Shown here: positions 53,042 to 64,000 of the stretch, in pieces
Layout: each line of letters begins with the position of its first letter
Position numbering within the stretch: position 1 is the first letter of the stretch
Source: Paramecium tetraurelia
Taxonomy: Eukaryota
Length of the DNA stretch: 64,000 nt
Assembly (NCBI GenBank): GCA_000165425.1
Contig: CT868673.1
Coordinates: forward strand, 1-64,000
Direction: 5' to 3'
The notes under the pieces: generated by a model
Database searches by the model: none
Told to the model about the DNA's origin: nothing
The model's input: only the letters and a program-made list of their open reading frames with translations
Program-made: the position numbers and the translations under genes

Positions 53042-53932
53042 ATATATATGTCTATTCTATATAAATCTCGTACAAACATAACTTAATTTTAATTCAAATT
53101 TAAATATATACAAAAACAATTAACTATCATTATCCGTTTACCTCACATAAGAAATTTTCATCACCAGAGATTATCCTCTTTAACTGTTATTAAAATAATT
53201 CAAAAAATTTTTCATGTTAAATAATGTAATTTTATTAAAGAATATTAATTGCAAACATAGCAATTTTCAAAAACTTTTCTAAAGATCGAATACAGCTTAC
53301 CATTTAGTTTATTGTAGCATCTAAATTTCTATTAGTTTCAATAGAATTTGAAGTTGCGATTATTTTCTTTTCCTAATACTATTTGAATTCTGATAAGATT
53401 AATTAACTTATTTATGAATGTTTTTAACGTAATTGAAATACGCAAAAATATGAGAAAAAACAGAAGCGTCAAGGCAATCTTAAATTTTTATAAAGTTATC
53501 AGTTATTAAAGTCAGATATTGAACAAATTGACTTTGATAAAAATGATCGGTCATTTCAATTACAAGAGAGCTAATTTGAGTAACATTTAATAATATTTCT
53601 ACTTTAAATGATATATTTAGATTGAGATTTAGTTTATGATTTTATTGTGTATTAATAAATTATTATTTAAATAATAATGTAAATATTTAATTTAATAAAA
53701 CAACAATTTATATTTTTAATTATTAAATGACTCCCAAAATTATATTTAAATAATTTGAGAAACATCTCCTTTTTTATTTTTGTAATGAGTGGAATTAATT
53801 GAAATTATTGGCTATTGTAAATTCGATTAATCTATTAGCAGTAAGTATATATAGCTTTTTGATTTAATTTATATAATAATTATATTATTCAATATATATA
53901 TCAATATTTTGCTCACATATGCTTCAAAAACA

Positions 53933-55246
53933 TCAGAAATATCCTGGATATTATTAAAATCCTGAACTCAAGGGAAATTAATAATAATTTGGATAAGCCT
54001 AATTAATTGGAGCATAATTCATATAGGGATTAGGGAAACTGTTCATATAATATTAGTTTCCGTAATACATTTATTGTTGTTATACTTGAGGAATGGAGAG
54101 GTTACTATTTTACAATTGGTATAAGTTTGGATTTAAAGGGATTTGATGCTAAGATTCCTGACTTATTTTGGACTTTTCAATTTATGATAGATCTAAAATA
54201 TATACATTTTATCTTACTTGAAGTACTTAATGGATTGTCAAGAGGAGGTATTTCAACTTGAGTTTTTTTTAAGTTTGCACCTTCCATTTTTCTATTGTTT
54301 AGCAAGGGTGTATCCACTCTTTTGGATGCATCTTTTTTGGCCAAGAAATCAGACATAAATTACGTAACTGTTAAATTGAGTTTTTGATCCGGATTCTCAG
54401 CAATTGCTTTTAGTAGCAATCTCTCTTCAGATGGTTAAACCTTAAATAGAGAAGAAAAATTACATTAAATCGTTTTAAATTTCGGATGATTCCATTGTAT
54501 TGATTTTTGATTTAATTTTCACTTCTACTATTCATTTAATTTTGTATTTTAGACCACTTCTTACCGTATTCTAAAATCAGTTAGATGAGTTTGATTTTCT
54601 CCTCCTTTGTCCACGTCTGTTTGGAAATGGATGGGTTTAACACGTTATTCCACCTCTCCCTAATTTATTTAGGATATCTCTAAGTCTAGGACAATTAATT
54701 AAACTTAATTGTTAGTTCTGTCCAATTATTTTTTGAATAGTGTTAACTAAAATATATAAAAAAATCTTACCTTGCAATATCGGTCAAAATTTGATCCTCT
54801 TCTTTGGTCCAGGTTGAGATTTTTAGATTGGAATGGAGTAAGGATAACCATTTTAACTCCACTAATTACTTATCTACACACAGTATTTTTGATATATATT
54901 CCCAATCCCCATTATTCTAACATTAAATAAAAACTCTTACAGGAATAAGGTCAGATCTATTTTAAGACATCAAGTATTTAGTCACGCACCAAATAAGCAA
55001 AATTTTGTCTTATTGATGCCACTTCTTTCGACTTGAATCATTGGTCGATCTAATTATAGTAGAATGATAGTAATACTTTGAAAAAACTTCTTCATAGTAT
55101 TCTCTCATTTATTAATCTGATGGAAATTGGCTGACCCGAACTTTTACAAATTATTTTACTGTTTCTTCATCAATTGGATTCAAAATTTTGATTTATTCGA
55201 TAAAGTCAAACCATTCCTGGGGTAGATGTTCTTTATTTTAAATCAT
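53933..55246 (-). CDS. Myb-repeat transcription factor
   Basis: KKWHQQDKILLIW, ELKWLSLLHSNLKISTWTKEEDQIL, RERWNNVLNP, KKWSKIQNQMNSRSENQIKNQ; several introns. Confidence 0.9.
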
Positions 55247-57018
55247 AAAATTAAATATAATCAAGATTTGTAAAGATTAATTGGTTTATAAATATTGGTC
55301 AACTTCAATAAGATAATTTAAATCAATTTAATTGACTGTGTATATATCTATGTTTTTAACATTGTTATCATAATTATAGTCTGAGAATAGTATTAATATT
55401 TAAGATATGTAAAAATTTCCTCTTGCAATAACTTCATTATTTTCTTTTAACAATGGTAATCAAGAAAATTACATTATCAAATTATAAGTTTCTTACCTAA
55501 CAAATACTAACATCCACCTTACCTTGACTGTCTATCCCAAAAATTGAACTAGACCACGTCCCCATTCTAAAACGAACTTTTTTTCATTTATCCATTTAAA
55601 GAAATTTTTCATCAGTTTTTAATTCATTCATCCATACTGTGTCCCATGGGTTGAGTATTTTAGCCCCAAATTCCTTCAGAAAAGGGTTGTTTGCTATTCA
55701 AATTGTCTAACAAAGCATAATTTTCATCTCCCTTACACTTATTATTAACTACCGAAATTCGAGAAAGCAATTAGCAACAAAGCAGACCTATGGATGTTTA
55801 CTAAAATTTAGTTATCTAAAAATTTAAAGAAATACACAATCAAAAATCTCAATCAAGATAGATCTGGCAAACAAACTCTACGCCTTCATTTTTCCAATTA
55901 TTAAATTTCTTAGTTGTAAAGAATTTATAATTATTCCATGTACCAGGTCCAGTAATTAAACAAACAAGTATTTTATAATATATCTAAGTGCACTGAGATC
56001 TATGCATAAGAAAGCAATAGGCTCTCCCAAATTCATGGATGTGATTAATATAAGATTATATAATAAATTAAAAAAGTTCAATATATTTATTAAAATAATA
56101 GAGAAAACATAATTTCTACACTATCAAAAGACCCATTTTATCGAGAGTTTGAATACCTGAATTCAACAGCGTTTGTTCCAATATTTAAAATGTTCAGTAA
56201 TACATAAATAATATTATTATTATAAAATCCATTTGTTTCCCTGATTTCTTATACTATTTATTCTTAAATTGATACTTAAGTGTTTAAATAAAAGAAAAAT
56301 GTAAATTGAATATAAATTTAGTTACTTAATATTTATTATTTTAATGGCCTCCATTCAATTTTCAATATGATTCTTTACTAGGAATTCTGTGTTGGCAGTT
56401 GAATTCTTTGAAAATGCATAAGGTTAAATTTATTTCTTTGCCAAGGATGCAGAAAAAAAAAAAATTGTTGATTATAATTATATTTAATATTTTTAATATA
56501 AGTATAATAGATAGTTTAATTTACAATTATTAAATTTCTCTTTTTACATAAAACATTATTTTAAGATTAAATTTCTTTATAAGTAAATGAAAATAGCTTA
56601 AATATTTGATCAATATTCTCCAAATCACATCTACTTAATAGTAAATTAAGAGCTGTTTAAGTAAAGACATTAATCAATCACCCTCAAAATAAAATTTATT
56701 CCAATAAATATTAAAGTAAGATTAATCTAGAGTCATAATATGTCAATAAGTAGTCAGATTTATTTAAATTTTATTTTAAATAAGTTGAACTAGACAAATG
56801 TAATTCTGTAACCCGTCTGTTAATTTCTAATAATTTTTAAATCTAATTAATTAAAACATCATCGCTGTAGGATTTAGAATTCACCAATTGTACTTCTAGT
56901 AATCATCTGATCCAAGTCAGAATAATTAGTTTATAATTTTAATTATTCATAATCTTTTAATATCAAGTATTAATATGTTATGATAATTTATATATATGAT
57001 TTCAAATATTTTCAACTC

Positions 57019-60000
57019 TCATAATGTTAAATTTAATTCGTATTTCTCATAAGAATTATACTGATCATTAGGAAAGGTCGGGTAGAATGCAACACAAGCA
57101 TCAGAACTGCCAACATAAATCATGTTGTATATTCTCCAATAAATCAATCTCACCTAATAATAAATATAATATTAATACTCTTCTTGCAGGATGATACAGG
57201 CCTTATAATGCATAAAGTAGAATATTGCCTGGTCCAAGACTGACTCTCATTCCTTCTATGGCTTCCATAACAGCATTGATAACATGAGGCGATGTTTCAA
57301 AAATGTTTGGCCAAACATGATTCAATAAATGCATAAGTTGTTCTTCGCATCCTAAGCATTGGACTCCAAGAGCTAAATGTTTAACAGCTGATGAGGCAGT
57401 TTATCTATGAACAAGATCTCTATCAGTCAAAGCATCAATTAATAATGGAATAACTGAATTAATATAAGAATACGCAGTTGGTCCTATGTATTCAAACATA
57501 AAAGATAATGACTTTAAAACACCATTTTACACATTTAATTCTCTAACTCTATACTCATTCATTAGAGCAGGCAAAACAGTAAAAGGACCGCATGTTTCTG
57601 CTACAATAGCAATTGCCACAGTAGTACAAACACGAAGTTATCTCTCTTAAACTTTAAGATTATTTAATAGAGTAGACAAAACATCTTAGGGTCCTATGGC
57701 TTTGGCAATATAACCAAAAGTATTGATAGTTGCTCTTCTAATCCCTTTTTTGTGAGCCTTCAATAAATCTAACAAATCAAAACATATTCTGATCCATTCT
57801 TTTGGAGAAACGTGTTCTGGTCCTCGATCTGCAATTCTACCAACTAAATCAATGCAATTTTCTTAAACCTTCTCATGTCTATTTTTTAAGATGGGTGTCA
57901 ATCTTGGCAATAAATCTTTGATTGGAGGTGACATCTTATTCATTCCTATTACATTGACTATAGCCTTCAATCCTCCTAAGATAGATCCTAGAACTTCTGG
58001 ATATTCTTCACCTAGACATTCAAATAATAACTAGCCTAATCTTCCTAATCTTGCTTCTTCTTAGCAATTCTTCATGCAAACTGCAATTTTACCAATCAAA
58101 TCAGCTGCTTATTATCTAACTCTGGGTGATTTATTAGATAATCTCCATTATAAAACACCACCTAATTAACTGAAATAAGGCTTAGATCTACTGCCAAAAG
58201 CATTAATTATAGATCCAAATCCACTCAACATTGTTTAGGTATCTTCACTTTGTTATTCATTAAATGCCCATAAGACTCCATCCATCAATCTGTTTTCCAA
58301 TTTCGAATCGATATCTGATACTCCTAGTTAATTTATAAACTTTTCTATAGTTTCCACAACCATCTTTCTAAATGATTCATTTTCATCTTTGAGATCTCCT
58401 ACAATTCTTTCTAATATTTCAGCTGCTCCCACTTTAGCAGCTATTTCACAGGTGGTTTCAACCATTTATCTGTAATTTCTTCTGTCTGTGGCTGTTCTTT
58501 TGCTCCAATAATATTTGAAGAATTCAGGCATTATTTGATCTCTTACATAAACAGCCTCTATACCTGCACATTATATGCATTATTTTATTACCATTAATAC
58601 AATCTTCTTCATTTCTTCTTCCTATATTTCAAATTAGTTTTTCAATATAGGAACGATTGCTTTAACATACTCTGTTGCATGTTCTACATCCATTAATGGA
58701 ATGATGAATCCAATCGCTTTTAAAAATGCTGCTAATCCTTTACCCTTATGAGTTTTGATGCCTTCCCACAAAGGAATAAGCACATTATCAAATGCTTCAA
58801 TACCATATGGAAAGGAGCTTCCGCCAAAGCAGCTAATGCTAAAGCTGTAATAGTTTTTACTTTTTATTATTCATCTTTCAATCCATGTTGTATAATTTCA
58901 ACTAGTGATTTCAGATGAGGCAGAATAGCACATCCCATAAAGATACTGATTTATTGAACTATTTTAATACCAGTATGTCTTGCCTACCAACTCTTTCTAC
59001 TCTAACAGACAGCCTTTAAAAATGGCAACAATGCTGGAATACCCAAAGCCGAAGCCACAATAGCAAATGCTCTAGCAGTAGTATTACGAACATAATCATC
59101 ATTATGATCAATATCAGGTCTCATGGTAGTAATCATAGTTGCCAAACCAGCTGCCTTAGCTAAATTGGAAATGATCTCTCTAGCTTCAACTCTAGCATAG
59201 TAATCTTCATGAATTAACAGTGGTTAGATAACAACTAATATCTTATGTACATATGGCCTAACCAAATCATCCAATTTAAATAGGACTCTGTCAATTACTT
59301 TCACCAATAGATGTCTCTCTTGATCCTCTAAAGTTGGAGACATTAACAATGGTAAGATCTAATTGAATAATGGAGCAGGTCCAAATTCCCTGGCACTTTA
59401 AGTAATTTATCTTAAAGCTGACTTTCTCATTTAAGGAGTTCCGTTCTTTATTTTCAAAAGCAAGGCCATAATCTTTCTTTCTTTTGCCTATTCTGGAGTT
59501 AATTCATCCTCATTGATTGGTTGTAACAAAGCTGAGAATAAATTATACTCTTCTGGCTTAATTGCTGGTAATTGACCTATAGTAGGATGAGAGGGAGTAG
59601 CTGAAACTTCAATACGAATAGATTCTGGTATTTAATATTGCACTGGTGATTCAATACTATTTTTTGCATTAAGTAATTTCTTTAATGATGATTTCAATGG
59701 TTTATAATTCTCAGGTGCTTTTAATATCTATTTTATTAATTTATCATTACTTCATAACCATCCTTTGGACCAGGTAAAATGCTGGTTAATTCCTCATCTG
59801 TCATATATTTATTTCTCTCTTCCATTTCTTTTTCCAATCTAAACTAGTATACTCTATCAGGAGTCATGTTTCCCAATTATCCAGGAGTCATGGGTGTCCT
59901 ATTTACAGTTCCTGGTGTATGAGGTGTCATGCCTCCTCCAAATCCGGATTGACCAGCCAATGGTGTTCTTTCTCCCCATCTGGCTTTTATGTACGAACGA

Positions 60001-60625
60001 TTTGGAGTAGGAGTTTCTCCATATTTATATGGGGTATCTCCGATTTCCATATGTCCTGGTGTTGGTGTTTCTCCGAATACTGTTCCTGCTCTACCTGGAG
60101 TAGCTTATAATTTATTTGTGTTATCCCATCTGGATGCTCTTGCTGACGATTATGGACCATCTAAATATTAATGAACTATTTAAAAATACCTCTGGATGGG
60201 GTTTCCCATTTTTAAGGCTTTTTAGAAACGTCTTTGCTTTCTTATTCCCATTCTGATCTTTCCTATTTAATTTATTAAGCAACATTTTATTCCACCTTCA
60301 CTTATTATTTGACTAATTTTTTTTCCTCCTTATTTAATGTCTCGGTCTTTTTGATTTTATTTTCAATTTCAGATCTGGAATTCTCCAAGTCCTATTAGAT
60401 CATGATTTCTGCATATGTTCTCCCATTCTCACCTCCTTAATCATTGAAAACATCTTTTCTTTCTGGACTCAACTAGCGGTTCTTTTGCTTGTACTTGAAC
60501 TTTTCTTCAACTTTGTCTAAATTTTACTTTCTTGTTTAATTGTCTTCACCAATTTGTGCAGCTTCTTCTAAAATTTGTTTTGGTGCCGTATACGCAAATC
60601 GTTGCTTGCCCTGCTCTTCAGTCAT
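57019..60625 (-). CDS. SF3B1: Splicing factor 3B subunit 1 (U2 snRNP HEAT-repeat protein)
   Basis: RWD/TP repeats, [68 protein letters not shown]; three tiny introns; apparent 1-nt deletion near 58815. Confidence 0.95.
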
Positions 60626-61320
60626 TTTAATTTAAATAATAAATAAAGATTTTATATCAATGTATATAAATATTAATATTGAAAGAGCCTCTAATAATAA
60701 AATAGAGTACATTTTGCCTAACAAATCTAAGTGAGAATAGGAATACAATTAATGAATAATCAATTTAATTTAATAGACAAATTAAACAATTATAAATATG
60801 CTGCTAAAATCATAACCCATTTGTTAAATTAGTTTTGAAGGAGTAGGCTCATAAAAACAAACTTATTTTTTACTATGAAAGAGATTAAAATACAGAAATC
60901 CCAATCCAACTAAGAGATTATCAATCAAAATTTTGTTTATTGTACCAGAAATAGTAATTACATCAAAAGTATTTTTAATTGGAATGATCATATTTATCTA
61001 TGGATGAAATTTAGTGCTAAAAATATCATAATTATTTCGATAAAGGAATGTTAAAATATTTAAGAAATTAATAATTTATTATCATTCCCTTAATAAAAGA
61101 ATATATATTGAAAACCATCAACTTAATAGATTAAATGGTAAAAAAGGAAATGATTTTTCAATAATGATTTCAGAATGAAATACCTTAAATATAACAAGCA
61201 TAAATTTATTAAAAATACTCTTATAAAATTTGAAATAGAAATAAAACAATTAGATTTAGATGCTATAAGATTATTAATCGATTGGTGATATATATTTTTT
61301 TATTGAATTGTTGATCATAA

Positions 61321-62193
61321 TCAATTAAGCAATTCATGCTCTAAGGCTTGTCTGTCCCACCATCCTTCACTGTCAAAAGTGAGATATTCTCCAGTGGATT
61401 TGTCTTTGAAGATTAGATTTCTATCCAATTTATGGTAATGGAGATTCCAAAAGTAATTCTCTGTATAATAGTATCAATTGATAGTACCTTTTGTTTCTTG
61501 TTCTGAAAAATCAACATGTTCCAAATCAGAAACTTAATGCAATTTAGTGATCAATTATCCAAAAGCCCCTACTTTTTGAACTGCAATCTAATGTGTATGA
61601 GGCAATAAATCCATTCTGATGACTGTTCTTCTTGTAAGTTCGTAGAAGTAAGCCTAAGATTTATAAATAGTTAGTACGTTGAATCCAACAGTGTAGCCAA
61701 ATAGGGCAACCAAAGCATAATAGAGGGGATATTTAGTAGTTAAGAAGAAGATTCCGCCCACGATTTCTAAGGATCTACCATATCTGAAGGGTTTTCCGAA
61801 TCTATATGAGGTGTAAATATTGATGCCGTTCTCGTGAAGCTAAAGGGATGGAATGGATGCATTACTTTAGGTGGGAAATAGACATCGGAAACAGCTTCAG
61901 CTTAGACACTTGAGAATGAAGTTGCAATGTATTTGGCGATAGTTGAATTGTAGAGTCTAGTTAAGTAATTGAATAAGGAAATACGGTGTGATTTTGGGTA
62001 GCCAAGTGTAAGTAGCAAAAAATCTCTCTTTTGCTTCTGGATGCATGTTAATGAAAACTCTATATTTATCAATGTCGACTTTAGTCATTAAATCAGGTCT
62101 GTTTGGTTGGTGATGACTGGCTTTGAGGTGATGATCACTTGCTCTGAATTTACTCAGATTCACCAATGATCGTACTCCGCTAAACTTTTACAT
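61321..62193 (-). CDS. Putative mitochondrial inner-membrane protein, TMEM70/186/223-like
   Basis: Presequence-like MQKFSGVRSLVNLSKFRAS, hydrophobic hairpin, RRTVIRMDLLP...GAFG...FDSEGWW; four introns; frequent C-ending codons. Confidence 0.55.
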
Positions 62194-62272
62194 TATTAAT
62201 ATTATTTGATTTAAATATATAAATTTTTATTATTTTAATCATAACATTAAATAAAATTTTTATTGTTCCAAA

Positions 62273-63256
62273 ATGCATAATTATCGCGGAGTTAGACCGT
62301 CTACTGCCAAAATGAACACACTACCTCCAGAGACAGAAAATCTGGAAGAGTACATGTACGATATTTCGAATTAAGGATAGGAAAATACTTTATGATCACT
62401 AAAAGGCCTGTGAGAAAGCAGGTAAATATTTGGAGGCTGATTGTGCAAAATAAAGATTGAAAGAACTCAAAGCTAAATACGAATCCAAAACCAAAATAGA
62501 TATAAGAGAAAGACATGAATCAGAAGTTAATTTATAATTCATAATATAGAAATATGAACTGACTCAATCACATCAAGAAGAAATGTAAAATTTCAATGCT
62601 TTTTGGGATGAAAAAATACAAGAGTTTGAATAAGATGCACAGAAGCTCAAAAATGAACTATAACAAAAATAAGAAGATGAAATGCAGTAATTCCTATAAG
62701 ATTTAGAAGGTTCTATTCCATAAACACCTAAAGATTCTGCAGAATTGTTGAGTCTCAAAAAAACTGAAGAGTAATTAGCAAGATAAGAAGAGTATTATAT
62801 TCACATCTATCTTAGATATTTGGAAGCACATAAAATACAATCCAGAATAGTGTAGCTTCAGAAGGAAGAACAAGAGAAGTGGGCTTTAATGAGGAACAAT
62901 AAAATAAAGAACCTTCTCCAGCAATAAAAGATCAAGCAAAATAATGAAACCAATGTGTTGAATTAGAGAATTGAGAATGCCTAAGAGGAGTAACGAAAAA
63001 TCAAAAAAGCAGAGGAAGAAAAGTAGTCTATATATTCACAATAGGTTAATTTAAAAGTACAATAATGTTAAAAAAGAATTAGAAGGAAAACAACTTTAAG
63101 AATTGTAAAGAGTCGACAAAGACTTTAAGAATACAACCTCTATTTTTGTAACTTCAAAAATGTCCAAAATGGCTTCTCAATCTGGTTCCTAAATGCAAAG
63201 CGAGGACTGTAAACTAATCTTTATATATTCTAGAGTAATTCAAAGGGAAAAATTGA
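62273..63256 (+). CDS. Coiled-coil protein, unknown function
   Basis: MHNYRGVRPSTAK start; HQKACEKAGKYLEAD, FWDEKIQEFE, LARQEE.YLEAHKIQ; four small introns. Confidence 0.7.
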
Positions 63257-63383
63257 ATATCAATTATAACATTATTTATTATATTTTACTCCTTCAATTA
63301 TGATCCACCATGAATAGTTTTTAAATATTCTGCTATTCATATTTTTATTCTATAATTGCTTCTCAAAATATAAATAAATTTTT

Positions 63384-64000
63384 ATGATGGAACAATTTAT
63401 TTCATAATTAAGTGATAAGAAATTCAGAAAAGAATTGGAGGAGTTAATTGAATAAAATGATGAGTAATTAGATATTAACATTTAGATAAACCATGGATTA
63501 ATTGATATAAGCTATGAAAAAAATTATGAATGAAAAATACCCTCCAAAGGAATGTCTCTTTGGATTAAAGATTGTTAAAGATTGCATTGAAAAATTTAAT
63601 GATAACTTTAAATTCAAAGTCAAACAACACTTAATGGATTATATCTATTAAGCAGCTATTTACAGAATAAAAGACATGGATGATGCCAGAGGAGCCACCT
63701 ATTTCAAAAACCCAGAACATGATAAGACTGTTGAATAATATGGAGCAAGTTATCATCGTTTAGCATTGGATTGCATACGAGTATGGTCCAAATGGTTTCC
63801 AGAATTTGCTGTCTATGAAAAGAATTTAATCAAAGAAAATGGATATTTACCCTAAATTAACTACTTCAAGCCAGAAGAAATATAAAGGTATATACCCAAG
63901 GCAGAAGCAACTCCAACTCCTTTGGATGAAGCTTAGTAAATTTAAATGAAAGCTTAAGAACTGCAATAGTAGCTCATTAATCTACTTAATACTAATAAAG
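63384..64000 (+). CDS. VHS-like alpha-helical protein, truncated by the window end
   Basis: MMEQFISQL start, intron near 63464, LFGLKIVKDCIEKFN and LALDCIRVWSKWF; no stop before 64000. Confidence 0.55.

Noticed and set aside
61321..62193. Alternative oxidase, suggested by the HHQP N-terminus
   Set aside because: No diiron ExxH motifs after splicing.

Overview
Left end of a ciliate macronuclear chromosome, almost certainly Paramecium: it opens with mixed C3A3/C4A2 telomeric repeats, is very AT-rich, uses TAA/TAG as Gln with TGA the only stop (so the supplied standard-code ORF track is mostly fragments and antisense artefacts), and has 20-30 nt GT-AG introns. By manual re-translation it holds about 28 tightly packed genes. 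Recognisable ones: a Cid1-family terminal nucleotidyltransferase, a RING E3, ARL8, a TPR protein, a 13 kb inner-arm dynein heavy chain, a pseudokinase, proteasome RPT3, two Myb factors, CFAP52-like WD40, SF3B1 and a TMEM70/186/223-like protein. There is also an internally deleted IFT56/TTC26 pseudogene and several decayed tracts. The most unusual element is a subtelomeric tandem trio of intronless AIG1/GIMAP-like GTPase-fold genes with predicted lipid anchors, graded catalytic degeneration and an RBR-RING2-like Cys module, a candidate membrane-targeted defence module. Gene models were built by eye, so some starts and splice sites are approximate.
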